NCBI RefSeq assembly: GCF_963921235.1
Contig: NC_086106.1
Coordinates: 24,614,001-24,678,000, forward strand
Reading direction: 5' to 3'
DNA from: Mobula hypostoma
Taxonomy: Eukaryota
DNA length: 64,000 nt
A program made the position numbers and the translations under genes. The number at the start of each line of letters is the position of its first letter. Within the stretch, counting starts at the first letter, position 1. Positions 12,728 through 25,519 of this stretch are shown piece after piece. The notes under the pieces were generated by a model that worked only from the letters and a program-made list of their open reading frames with translations, made no database searches and was not told where the DNA came from.

Positions 12728-13897
12728 ATATGGATTTCAGCAAGGCCTTTGATAAGGTACCCCGTGCAAGGCTTATTGAGAAAATAAAGAGGCATGTGAT
12801 CCAAGGAGACATTGTTTTGTGGATCTAGAACTGGATTGCCCACAGAATGCAAAGATAAGTTGTAGACGTATCATATTCTGCATGGAGGTCGGTCACCAGT
12901 GGGGTGACTCAGGAATCTATTCCGGGACCCTTACCTTTCCTTGTTTTTATAAATGACTTGAATGAGGCAGTGCAAGGATGGGTTAGTAAGTTTGCCATTG
13001 ACACAAATTTGGCTGGTGTTGTGGATAGTGTGGACGGCTGTCAGAGGTTACAGCGGGTCATTGATAGGATGCAAAACTGGGCTGAAAAGTGGCAGATGGA
13101 GTTCAACCGAGATAAGTGTGAAGTGGTACATTTTGGTACGTCAAATGTGATGTCAGAATATGGTATTAATGGTAAGACCCTTGGCAGTGTGGAGGATCAT
13201 ATGGATCTTGGGATACGAGTCCATACGATGCTCAAAGCAGCTGCGCAAGTTAAATCTGCAGTTAAGAAGGCGTACGGTGTATTGGCCTTCATCAATCGTG
13301 GATTTAAATTTAGGAGCCGAGAGGTAATGTTGCAGCTGTATAGGACCCTGGGCAGACACCATTTGGAGTACTGTGCTCAGTTCTGGTCGCCTCACTTCAG
13401 GAAATAAGTTGAAACCATAGAAAGTGTGCAGAGGAGATTTTAAAAGATGTTGCCTAGATTGGGGAGAATGCCTTATGAGAATAGGTTGAGTGATTTCGGC
13501 CTTCTCTTGGAGCGACGGAAGATGAGAGGTGACCTGAAATATGTGTATAAGATGATGAGAGGCATTGGTCGTGTGGATATTCAGATGCTTTTTCCCAGGG
13601 CTGAAATGGATGCCACAAGAGGACACGAGTTTAAGGTGCTGGCGAGTAGGTACAGAGGAGATGTTAGGGGTAGGTGTTTCTCTCGGAGAGTGCTGAGTGC
13701 GTGGAATGGTTTGCCCGCAACGGTGCTGGAGGAGGATACGATAGGGTCTTCTGAGAGACATTTAGATAGGTACATGGAGCTTAGTAAAAGAAAAGACTAG
13801 AGATAAGCCGAGTAATTTCTAAGGTAGGGACATTTTCGGCACAACTTTGTGGGCCGAAGTGTCTGTATTGTGGTGTAGGTTTTCTATGTTTCTATGT
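12728..13897 (+). mobile_element. 5'-truncated CR1-type LINE (RT C-terminal half and 3' tail)
   Basis: DFSKAFDKVP...GVTQESIPGPLPFLVFINDL...SKFAIDT...RHHLEYCAQFWSP. TTCTATG repeat tail at 13880-13897. Contains stops. Confidence 0.9.
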
Positions 13898-15404
13898 TGC
13901 TAATAAACGCGGAGACAAGATCAATTGCGTTTACAGACAGTTTGCGTTCGTGCTGATACAAAGAAGATAAAGTTCGCAATATATTTCGATTGACTACATC
14001 TACAAGTCAAAACACTGTACAATTGGAAATACGAATAGTGTTTGCTTTCATAAATTAGATCACGTAATTCCGAGCAGCTTTGATAAGATGCGTCTTGATT
14101 GTCTGAAGCATTGTACTTGTTTTTTTTTTCACAAAACTTACAGTAAGAGCCTTTAAATAAATTAATATACACGTTCTAACCTATCAAGACTAGTGAACTT
14201 TTTGAATGAACTCACAGCGCTTACCCACCAAAATTGACTTATTGCATAAGCGCAATCATTGTTATTAACATCTCAATTGGAAGTTATGTGCAGTTTCTGA
14301 TGTAATAACCCGTAACCTCATACGTCCTAAAATCGTCCCTTCTGTATTCTGCCGTTCAACTGACAAATTTAAGCTACCATCAGAAGACACTGTACGAGAC
14401 CTTTCGATGAATACGACAATACACATTAGCTTGGCCAATTGCCCTAATGTCTGTCCATTCCATTTTGCTGAATTTCGTGAAATATATAGCAAGCACCTTT
14501 TTTAAAATCTGGAATCAAGTACTTTGTGCTGGAAAGCTGTTTTTTTTTTCGGTTACTGGGAAAATTATCCACAAGATAGTATACACTTTTTGGTTCCAAT
14601 TCTGAAAATAAAGGTGAAAGAGCTAGCATTTTGTCATTGTCCGAAATAAATACAGTTCATTATTTGGGAAGAATGTTAAAAAATCTCTTAAATTTCTATC
14701 ACTTCAGTTCAATTTGCATGGTTGAGTTATAAGCTGATATTTTTCACAGTCTTCCATTCGAGAGAGGCTTCCTCCTCCAATCCAATCATTACTGAGAAGG
14801 TTTTTGTAATTCCCGCCCCAGTATAAGGTCACCAAACGGCGCAGGTTTGAACGTTACAGCCGTTGCGCTCATACCTCACTTACGTTTCACCTAGTCTGAG
14901 CATTGCTATTGAGCTAATATCTAATGAGGCTATATGCAATTGATCGACGAGTTAGAACCCAGGAAGGTAAAAACGGGGATGAGTCTCTTTTCCATTTATT
15001 TTCTATTTGTGTACTCTGACTGCAAAATTGGCAGCAAAAAGAAATCCCATAAAGTACCGCTTTTCGTCCGACAATATATATTCTAATAAACTCGACAAGA
15101 ATTTAATTTACAAAAAATTCCAGACTTACTTTCAAATGCGAATATATGAATATTACTGTTGGTAAGGTAACAGTGACCTGTATGATTTCAGTAACAGTGG
15201 CGGTCGTTCGATCAGACACCACTATTATGATCACTGCATTCAAAAGACAGTGGAACCTGAGCCGGATAACCAGTAGAATCATCTGCTCGCAATAATTTCA
15301 ATTGGCGGTTACTGGCAGGTTTTCTCTACCAGTTCAAAAGTGCACAGCCCCACTAGGTAGTGATAAGAAATGGATGATCTTCCTGAGTGTATAATGTTCA
15401 CGAG

Positions 15405-16085
15405 GAAGCTTTAAGTTCCTCGTGGTCAATATCACAAATGACCTGACTTGGACCAACCAAGCAGTGTCGACTGCCCAGAAGGCCCACCAGCGCCTTTACT
15501 TCCTGAAAAAACTTAATACATTTGGCCTGTCCCCAAAAACCCTCACTATTTTTTTTTATATAGATGCACCGTAGAAAGCATTCTTCTGGGATGCATCACC
15601 AATTGCTATGGAAGTAGTCCTGCCCAAGACCGGAAGAAGCTGCAGAAGATCGTGGATACGGCACAGCAAATCACACAAACCAATCTTCCATTCTTAGACT
15701 CACTTTACACCGCACGCTGTCGTAGCAGTGCTGCCAGGATAATCAAAGACACGACCCACCCAGCCAACACACTTTTTGTCCCTCTTCTCTCAGGGAGAAG
15801 GCTCGGGAGCTCGAAGACTCATACGGCCAGATTTGGTAACAGCTTCTTTCCAACTGTGATGAGACTACTGAACGGATCCTGACCTGGATCTGGGCTGTAC
15901 CCTGCCTCTCGGTTTTTTGCACTACCTTACTTCCAATTTTCTATTTACTATTTCTGATTTATATATTTGTTTAAATATTTACTATCGATTAGTAGTCCAG
16001 GGAGCGGGAAGCTCAGAATCAAATATCGCTGTGATGATTGTACGTTCTAGTATCAATTGTTTGGCCACAATAAAGTATAAAGTAT
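15405..16085 (+). mobile_element. Rex1/Babar-type LINE 3' fragment
   Basis: FKFLVVNITNDLTW...AHQRLYFLKKL...YRCTVESILLGCIT...LLSGRRLG...NSFFPTVMRLLN, then a 3' UTR ending AATAAAGTATAAAGTA. Confidence 0.85.
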
Positions 16086-18530
16086 ACTCGTGGATAGCTT
16101 CTCCGGTGTTTATGAGGTGATTAGGGGTCAATCTACTGATTGTGTGGTCGCTAACTGTACGCAACTCATATTTGAATAGTAAATAAGGTAAATTTTATAA
16201 ACTGACACTGAAGGGAATTTCACTCATCCATTCCTACTGGATGATCAGACAAGAGTTCATGAGTTTTCAATCTCCCTGGACATTAAAGAACAACAGCAAC
16301 AAAAACGACAACAACAATACGATGAAGATTTTCCTCTGAGGAGAAGAAGATGACGATTTTAATGCTGACGAATTGTGAAGAGATTACCAGATAGTGACAT
16401 AAGTGCATGTTCTCAGTGATGGTGACTGGCGAGGAGTCCGCAGTGAAGCATACCAACTCTTCGGCGCTTCGCCTTTGGCAGGTATCCTGGGTTCGATTGA
16501 ATGTTGTGTCAATGATGAAGCTGGCTGACTTTAAAATGTTATACATTCTTTTTTGGTTTGTTTTTTGTTTCTGTGCAGTTGTCCCACCATACCAGACACA
16601 GATGCAAACAATTATAATAGTCCCCATATATCTCTAGAAAGTACTGTGAGTATTTGATGGAAGACCAATTCTGAAGCCTCCAGTGCCACTTAGCCGCTGC
16701 AATGCCTTCTTTGTAATTGTGCCCAGTACAAATCCACAGTGGTGTCGATAACCACGAATTCGGAACTGCATTTTCTTTGCACTTCTGATTGATATGGGTT
16801 CCATCTACTTCCATTCCTGAAGTCCAAAATGAATTTTAGTCTTACCAAGCCAACACTCAAGCATTGATCTCTAAGAAGAAGAAGAAACATCAATACCTGC
16901 TGGAGCTGTGGTACTTCCGATTTTGCATCATACTTTAATTGGGTAATAAATTACGCGAAGAAACGCTGCATGCTGCATAACAACACAGCTCGAGCAATGT
17001 ACATCATCTTGTGCAAGTGCAATCTAGCAAATATCTGAGAAAAAAATTGAAAATATAAATGTTCCCATTTTCACTGGTGCGCACGATGACAGGAATGACT
17101 GCAAACGCCTCTCCCATCGATTCTCCAGTAAGCAGTATGCACAAATACTCAGTGGCATTGAAAACAACTGGACAAAGTAAACTCTGGGCTGCCATCAAGT
17201 CTCAAAGACGTCTACAAAAAATAAACAACGCTACCATCTTTCCGATAAGTTCTGAAGTTATTCAGAGTAACGCTAAATTGGCAGACACCGGGGAGAGACG
17301 AAGAAATGTTGCGCGCCAGTTTTAGCTCGTTTCAGCATTTTTATAAAAAAAATCTCCTTCCCTTGTGTTCTGCCTGAAATCGACCAGAGATGTTTCCGGT
17401 CTGATATTATCTCTTTTTTGGCACACTTACTTCGTAACACCGCTTTCCATACTTCTGGCATAATCTGCCTCAGCGTACAAACGCAGATTGATGACAATCT
17501 CCTCCAAGGCGCCCACCAGCTTCATTACATTCGCTCACCGACGAGCGGCACTGTGTAGTTAATGCTGGCACGCAAAGACTTTAATCCATAATTTACATAA
17601 CTTTGCCGGTTGCGAGTTGACCTGTCGAATCCTGCAAAACGTTTGAAAGCTTTTTGTCACAGATTTGATACTGTTAGATTGCGCTTGAGTTTGGTCGTTT
17701 TAGACAGATTTTGCCGTATTTTTATTCCGACAGTCTGTTTGCACTGCACGATTACAGGTTTACAGAGTCGGGGAACGTTATTGTAAGGGGTGGATTCCTG
17801 CCGCACCTCATTACTATGTTCCTCCTCGGTAAATTGTTACTTCACTGTAATAACCGATATCAATGTAGAATACAACTTTAATACCGGAGGCTACTCTAGA
17901 GTAATACCGTAATATTCCAAACTACTCTAACTATGCTTCAACGACGCATATGCTATTTAGGGTTGCAATTTGCTGGAAATGTTGATTGTGATTTCTTATT
18001 TATTTTACAGTTACAGTAGAATCATTAAGACATTGTGGAACAGTTCTTCAGTTAAACAACCTTCCATTAAAAAAAAAACTAAGACAGCTTTGAATTTAAC
18101 TGAGCAACCAGGTGGTGCTCTCACAGATGTGTTCTGTGTTCTCACAGACAACAACCGAAGTAATTATTGCAGATTCCAGCAGAGAAAGTAAATCGACAAA
18201 AAAATATATACATAACTACTCTGTTCAAACCCGACTCCGCCATGTACCTCCGCGAAAGACAATGCATCAGAGTCTATTTTGCACTGAACAAAAAACACTT
18301 TCAAAAAAGTAAGGTGAGTTCGATAGAGGGCAAGCTAATAAAAAGAAAAAAAAAAGGCTGACAAAGCAATGTGAAGACAAATTCTTACTAACGTCAAAAG
18401 GCTTAAATGAATGGTTTAAATTATCGACTGTCCAGCACAAGCGCGTTAATATTCTCTTCTATATTTTTTTGTATATCTTTTGCATTTTGATTGTTTTAAC
18501 TGTGCTCCCACCAGAATCTGATTTCACGTC
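15805..18530 (+). repeat. Segmental duplication, copy 1 (paired with 22433-25176)
   Basis: Colinear high similarity from GGGAGCT.GAAGACTCATACGGCC to CCAGAATCTGATTTCACG. Confidence 0.9.
16283..16800 (-). mobile_element. Old, decayed Rex1/Babar-like LINE fragment (second copy at about 22920-23450)
   Basis: Minus strand TIIIVCICVWYGGTTAQKQK...SASFIIDTT...TQDTCQRR resembles the C-terminal domain seen at 15405-15880. Confidence 0.65.
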
Positions 18531-18664
18531 TTCGGTTTATGAGAGAAAAGTGCTTTATCAAATGCGAGAGTTTTGTTTGTCTCTAGTCAAAGAGGTAAAT
18601 TGCTTATTTTCATTTCAGATAGCAACTATAAAAGACGGAATAGAGACCGAATAAATTAAGATCT

Positions 18665-18679
18665 GATGCCACCTGGTGG
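18665..18679 (-). promoter_or_regulatory. CTCF-type motif upstream of V2
   Basis: Minus strand CCACCAGGTGGCATC, at the position homologous to the V1 motif. Confidence 0.7.
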
Positions 18680-19093
18680 AATATAGCTTATTTGTTCCTG
18701 GCGATGTTACATAAAACTCAGTGCCTCCTTCATATCGGAACAGCCCATGCACAATCAATCACCACTTCCGGCTGCAAAGTTAATTGTTCAGTTATTCAGA
18801 GGAAAGTTACTTTCATAGGCTGCATATGAACAAAGCAAAATATCGTGTTCCGTGCTGCTTGCTCATTTCTGCTTTTAAGATGAATTCTGTGGTCTCCACG
18901 TTCTGCCAGAAATCCACTTCATGGAACAGTAAAAGATTGCTATTTTATCCTTTGCCGCAGCGCGGCTTCGTTACCCTCCGATCTATTCGGCTCGACCATC
19001 TGCCTCGTCGAGGAATCGCAATTTGTTGACAGTCTTCTCAACAAAAATTGCTGGCTGCCCCGCATTCTTCGCCTTTGAGCGGCGCTGCACTGC

Positions 19094-19295
19094 TGACGTC
19101 AGCTCACAAGGGATTTGATATGTTTGTTCTGCACTTCTGCCATCGCCCCTCACAATTTCATTTCCTGCATTGCGTCTGAACGCCTCTTTTTATTGGGTTT
19201 TAGAGACTCAACTCCGTGCGTTGCCTGTTGTGATTGGTCGCTTTGGACAAGGTATGTGTTTTTATTCTCTGGCAATGAATCTCCACTCTGTGGTC
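19094..19295 (+). promoter_or_regulatory. V2 proximal promoter: CRE, ETS core, CCAAT, RUNX
   Basis: TGACGTCA 19094-19101, TTCCTG near 19160, TGATTGGTC 19231-19239, TGTGGT 19289-19294. Confidence 0.6.
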
Positions 19296-19324
19296 ACAAG
19301 AGTACAGACTCAAACAGAGTGAAT

Positions 19325-19798
19325 ATGAAGAACTGTCTCACTCTGCCCCTCATTATTGCGTTTCTTCTGGGTAAGATGTTCCTTAACTGTAATATTCGGC
19401 AGATGCCTCATTCCCGTAAACACGTTTTATTTACTATTTACGTAAACATATTGTTCGAAGTGGAGCTTATGATCTATGATTTATTTTACTGTTAGACTGG
19501 AGCCTTCAAGACTCAGTGGAACAGTCAGTGGATGCAATTACCATCGAAGAAGAAAGGGATGTTACACTAAACTGCACTTTACAAACAAGTGCTACAATCC
19601 CGGATGGTTTCTGGTACAGGCAGCGTCCCAGACAGCGACCAGAGTATCTGTTTCGGATCATCACAGGGAAAGTAGAACGAAATAAAGATGTCACCGACCG
19701 ATTATCTGTTTCTTATAATAAGAGTGAAAAATATACCGAACTCTCGATTAAGAACGCCACAATCTCTGACTCGGCCACGTACCTCTGCGCGATGAGCA
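19325..19798 (+). CDS. TCR alpha/delta-like V gene segment V2, intact (leader exon 19325-19370, V exon 19496-19798)
   Basis: Leader MKNCLTLPLIIAFLL, GT..AG intron 19371-19495, and a 303-nt V exon DWSLQDSVEQSVDAITIEEERDVTLNC...WYRQRP...DSATYLCAMS with no stops. Confidence 0.93.
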
Positions 19799-19837
19799 CA
19801 CAGTGCTGTAAAAACTCAACTATCTTGAACAAAAACC
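19799..19837 (+). other. 23-RSS of V2
   Basis: CACAGTG, 23 nt, ACAAAAACC (19829-19837). Confidence 0.97.
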
Positions 19838-20269
19838 CACTTTCACAATTTCATCGAGATATCGATAGAGGGCGAACAAACCAAGGGGAACACAAGTGCC
19901 TTTTTAACCATGTGAGCAATTGCTTTCGCATAGTTATTGTTTCGGAATTTCTCTGTCAGTATGGTTAAACTGAGAAAAAAAAACACTCCAGATATTTCTG
20001 ATACCATCGATTTTATGATAATTCCAAAACGCTTGCATTCTAGCCGATGATGAAGGGCAACCCAGTACAGCCCGAGGACCATACCTTGCATGCCACTTTT
20101 GCAAAATCAGAGCATTCCTTTTTGATCATTGTGGTTTGTGAGTCATTTATCAAAATCTGCAGAAAACGTCCTGTGGGGCGTGGCAACATCATACCCTGCT
20201 GAGGGAACACAGGGAAGAAGTCGATCTGATTTTATTCGTTTATTTCTGACTCTGTACCTCAGAAAATAG

Positions 20270-22430
20270 GTGCGTGACTAATTAATGTAAATTAGGCAGA
20301 AATTATGCTGAGTAATCTCAGAATTGTGGGAAAGGAGATATTGTTACTCCATCCTGACATATATATCTGCGTATATCTATCGACCCTTAATGTACATCTG
20401 ATTGTTGTTGAACAACTTGATCATTGGGAAATTTCAAACCAAATTTATCAGAAGAAAAAGCACTTCATAAGCTGCGAAAGATTTGTCTGTCATCAGTTAC
20501 AGGGTACATTACTCATTTTTTGTTCACATGACAATTATAAAAGAGCGAAACGTTTGGATCACCAAACAGGCGTGGAACCTTCTGCGAAAATCCAAGAATG
20601 AGCAGTCCCAGTAAGCGAATTACTTATGCTTTGCTGCCATCTGGCGGAATATATCATCTTGATTCCTGCGAAGCTGCATGAAACTCGGGAACTACTTCAC
20701 GTCCCAATGGCCTATAAACAAGCAATCACAACGCCCATCCGCCGAATTAATTGGTAAGTTATTCAGCGAAAAGCTACTTGTATAGACTGCATATGAACAG
20801 GTCAAAATACCCTGTGCATTGCTGGGTGCTCATTTCTGCTTTTCAGATCAACTCCTGAATCGCTACGCTTTGCTAGAATTCCAGGTCAGTCAAGAGGAAA
20901 GACTGTTGTTTCATCTTATGCTGCAAACACGCTTCGCTACCCTATCATTTATTCTCCTCGCACCCTCTGCCTCGATTAGCAAGCGCAATTTATTGACGGT
21001 CTTCTCCAAAAATGTTGACGTCTTCCCCGCATCACTTCACCTTTGAGTGGCGCTTTCACAGATTCCTCGGGAGCTCGATGGAGGGCGATCAAATCAAACC
21101 GAACGTAAAAGCTAACTGAAATCCAGAGGCTTCGTCCAATATTTTTCTCCCCAGTGAAGTATTGGCTTGACATTTAGAATGGATGTTTTTTTTTTCCCCT
21201 TGAATGGCTGTAACTGTGATCAAAACCACTTAATCTTCAATGATTCCTCTGTGTTACCTAATTTCTCTGAATATTCCCTTTTCGCATCTGAAGTTTCCAC
21301 CATTATCATTACGGATACATTAATCCTTTTAAGGGTTATTTTAACAGAGAAAGTCATTAAATTTTGACACATAAATAGGACATGTAGCAAGTAACATACT
21401 TCAAAGCCCTGAAGAAGGTTTCATGTGGCTTTTGATTTCAGTCAGAGATTTAATCACACTTTGGTGGATTGTTGAGCTGTAGGTCGTAGATATTTTATTA
21501 ACGCACAAGGGCTTACGTATTTAAACGACAGCGTCAGATTGTTTCGGACATAAGCACATAATATACAGTTCATTATTTATGCTGAATATTAGTAACTTCC
21601 TTAAATTTCTATCACGTCAGTTCAATTTGCATCCCATGTCCGCAGTATTTGGTTTATCGAATTAGCAGATGCTTCTCACAGTCTTACTCCTCCAGTCCCA
21701 TCATTACTGAGATGGAGTTTCAAATTCCCGCACTTACATAACTGCACCACACGGCGCAGATTTGACCGTTTTAACGGTTGTGCTCATTCCGCATTGTGTT
21801 ACATATCGTCGAAGCATTATTATTGACTAAATATCTAGTGTGTCCATATGCAATTGATCCACGCATTTGATACTAGGACGTGTAAAGGGATATTCATTTG
21901 TCGCATTTCGCTTCGCTCAGTGTACTACTCCGACTGCAATAAAAAAAGACACAAAGTGAAACCCATGAACTACCGCTTTACGAAGAGGAATAATATCCTA
22001 TTATATTCGACAACAGTTTAATTTACTAAAGCGATTACTATTTAAAATACGAATATGTGAATGTTACTACAGTGACGTGTTTGATAGAAACAACATCGCG
22101 ATCGATTTATAATGTATAAATTATATTTCGCTTTGGTGTAACAGTTGGTTTTGGAATGAGAGAATTTATTCATACAGATTAAATAATATGAGCTACGGGT
22201 TCGATAGTTTGTCTGTTTCGTGATCCAACATACCAATAGGGCGGTATTAAGAAGCAATATGCTAAAGATGGCATATGCTACTTCTCCGACCATCCATGCT
22301 CGAATTTAATATAAATATTCTGGAGGCTACCGGCCACGGATTATACTGCGAGCATATGGGTTGATAATTATTGGTTGAAGTCAGGCACCACTATAATAAT
22401 CACTGCACTTAATAGATAGTGGAGTCTGCG
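20270..22430 (+). other. Empty V cassette 1 (upstream block fused to post-RSS block)
   Basis: Junction TTTGAGTGGCGCT|TTCACAGATTCC at about 21054 joins pre-CRE promoter sequence to sequence lying about 4 nt past the nonamer in intact cassettes. Confidence 0.85.
20633..20647 (-). promoter_or_regulatory. CTCF-type motif of empty cassette 1
   Basis: Minus strand CCGCCAGATGGCAGC. Confidence 0.65.
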
Positions 22431-22432
22431 AT

Positions 22433-25176
22433 GGGAGCTTGAAGACTCATACGGCCAGATTTGTCAACAGCTTCTTTCCAACTGTGATAAGACTACTGAA
22501 CGGATCGTGACCCGGATCTGGGCTGTACCCTGCCTCTCGTTTTTTGCACTACCATACTTTCAATTTTCTATGTGCTATTTATGATTTATATATATATATA
22601 TATATATACTTTAATATTTACTATCTATTAGTAGTCCAGGGAGCGGGAAGCTCAGAATCAAATATCGCTGTGATGATTGTACGTTCTGGCATCAATTGTT
22701 TGGCGACAATTAATTATAAAGTATACCCGTGGATATCTTCTCCGCTGTTTATGACGTGATTAGGGGTCAATCCACTAATTGTGTGGTCGCTACGTGCACG
22801 CAACTCATTTTTGAATAGCAAATAAAGTAAATTTTATAAACAGACACTGAAGGGAATTTCACTCATCCATTCCTACTGAATGGTCAGGCAAGAGTTCATG
22901 AGTTTTCAATCTCCCTGGACATTAAACAACAACAGCAACAAAAACGACAACAACAATACGATGAAGATTTTCCTCTGAGGAGACGCAGGTGATGATTTTA
23001 ATGCTGAGGATTTGTGAACAGATTACTAATTACTGACGTAAGAGCATGTCCTCGGTGATGGTGACTGGCGAGGAGTCCGCAGTGAAGCATACCAACTCTT
23101 TGACGTATCGCCTTTGGCAGGTATCCTGGGTTCGTTTGAATGTTGTGTCAATGATGAAGGTGGCTGACTTTAAAATGTTATACGTTTTTATTATTTGTTT
23201 GTTTTTTGTTCCTGTACAGTTGCCCCACCATACCAGACACTGATTGAAACAATTATAATAGTCCCCATATATCTCTAGAAATTACTGTGAGTATTTGATG
23301 GAAGACCAATTCTCAAGCCTCCAGTGACACTTAGCCGCTGCAATGCCTTCTTTGTAATTGTGCCCACTACAAATCCACAGTGGTGTCGATAACCACGCAT
23401 TCGAAACTGCATATCCTTGCACTTCTGATTGGTATGTGCTCCATCCACTTCCATTCCTGAAGTCCAAAATGAATTTTGGTCTTACTAAGCCAACACTCAA
23501 GCATTGACCTCTAAGAAGAAGAAGAAACATAAATACCTGCTGGAGCTGTTGTATCTCCGGTTTTACATCATACTTTAATTGGGTAATTAATCACGCGAAG
23601 AAACGCTGCATGCTGTATAACTACACAGCTCGAGCAATTTACATCATCTTGTGCAAGTGAAATCTAGCAAATATCTGAGAAAAAGATTGAAAATATAAAT
23701 GTTCTCATTTTCACTGGTGCGCACGATAACAGGAATGACTGCAAACGCCTCTCCCATCGATTCTCCAGTAAGCAGTATGCACAAATACTCAGTGGCGTTG
23801 AAAACAACTGGACAAAGTAAACTCTGGGCTTCCATCAAGTCTCAAAGACGTCTACAAAAAATAAACAACGCTACAATCTTTTCGATAAGTTCTGAAGTTA
23901 TTCAGAGAAAAGCTAAATTGGCAGACACCGGGGAGAGACGAGGAAATGTTGCGCGCCAGAAGTTATAGCTCGTTTTAGCAGTTTTATAAAAAAAATCTCC
24001 TCCCCCTGTGTTCTGCCTGAAATCGACCAGAGATGTTTCCGGTCTGATATTATCTCTTTTTTGGCACACTTATTTCGTAACACCGCTTTCCATACTTCTG
24101 GCATAATCTGCCTCAGCGTACAAACGCAGATTGATGACAATCTTCTCCAAGGCGCCCACCAGCTTCATTACATTCGCTCACCGACGAGCGGCACTGTGTA
24201 GTTAATGCTGGCACACAAAGACTTTAATACATATTTTATATATCTTTGCCGGTTGCGAGTTGACCTGTCGAATCCTGCAAAGCGTTTGAAAGCTTTTTGT
24301 CACAGATTTGATACTGTTAGATTGCGCTTGAGGTTGGGAGGTTGGTCTTATAGACAGATTTTGCCGTATTTTTAATCCGACAGTCTGTTTGCACTGCACG
24401 ATTACAGGATTACAGAGTCGGGTGAACGTTATTGTAAGGAGCAGATTCCTGCCGCACCTCATTACCATGTTCCTCCTCGGTAAATTGTTACTTTACTGTA
24501 ATAACCGATATTAATGTAGAATACTACTTTGATACCGGAGGCTACTCCAGAGTAGTACCGTAATTATCCAAACTACTCTAACTTGCTTCAACGACGCATG
24601 TGCTATTTAGGGTTGCAATTTGTTGGAAATGTTGCTTGTGCTTTCTTATTTATTTTACAGTTAAACTAGAATCATTAAGACATTGTGGAACAGTTCCTCA
24701 GTTAAACAACCTTCCATGAAAACAAAACATTATACTGTTTTGAATTTAACTGTGCAACCAGGTGGTGCTCTCACAGATGTGCTCCTGAGCAGACAACAAC
24801 CGAAGTAATTGTTGCAGATTTCAGCAGAGAAAGTAAATCGACAAAAAATATATATACATAACTACTCTGTTCAAACCCGACTCCGCCATGTACCTCCGCG
24901 AAAGACAATGCATCAAAGTCTATTTTGCACTGAACAAAAAACACTTTCAAAAATGTAAGGTGAGCTCGATAGAGGGCAAGCTAATAAAAAGAAAAAAAGG
25001 CTGGCAAAGCAATGTGGAGACAAATTCTTACTAACGTCAGAAGGCTGAATTGAACGGCTCTAAAATATCGACTGTCCAGCACAAACGCGTAAATATTCTC
25101 TTCTATATTTTTTTGTATATCTTTTGCATTTTGATCATTTTAACTGTGCTCCCACCAGAATCTGATTTCACGCCCT
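22433..25176 (+). repeat. Segmental duplication, copy 2 (paired with 15805-18530)
   Basis: Begins inside the Rex1 3' end and stops just before the CTCF-bearing upstream block. Confidence 0.9.
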
Positions 25177-25519
25177 CAGTGCTGTTTAAATGTAACATTC
25201 CTCCTTAAATCTTTAAATAACAATAGATTGATATTTTGAAGGGGGTGGCCGATGGATAGACAGAAAAATGGCAAAGTACGTGCTCCTATTTTGATCAGAC
25301 AAAACTTCCCATCAACACCAGAAATGAATAAATGTATTGTTATCTAACACAGCAACAATATTATCGCTGGGAAGTTTAGTCAACGGCTGGTACACGTACT
25401 TCTGATATATTTTATAAACAGACAGACTCTCACAGCTATCTTCACTATACCTCTTCTCACACATTCACTGGTAAAAATGGTCGCCCTTTGTCATTGTTAC
25501 TCTCTCTCCTCTGTGTTCC

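Larger units (their letters stand above)
18530..22432 (+). repeat. Segmental duplication containing V2 and empty cassette 1 (paired with about 39290-43175)
   Basis: Colinear similarity through upstream block, V gene, spacer, second upstream block, deletion junction and downstream block. Confidence 0.9.

Noticed and set aside
14799-14807. Perfect GGTTTTTGT nonamer in J orientation
   Set aside because: No heptamer at 12 or 23 nt, no FGxG frame, and not conserved in the paralogous downstream blocks.
16690-16893. Minus-strand MFLLLLR...GTAAG as the leader of an inverted V gene
   Set aside because: No Ig motifs or RSS follow. The downstream sequence is a decayed Rex1-like LINE.
19799-19968. ORF-track extension of V2 to 150 aa
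   Set aside because: Chance read-through of the RSS and flank in unrearranged DNA. The homologs stop at different places.
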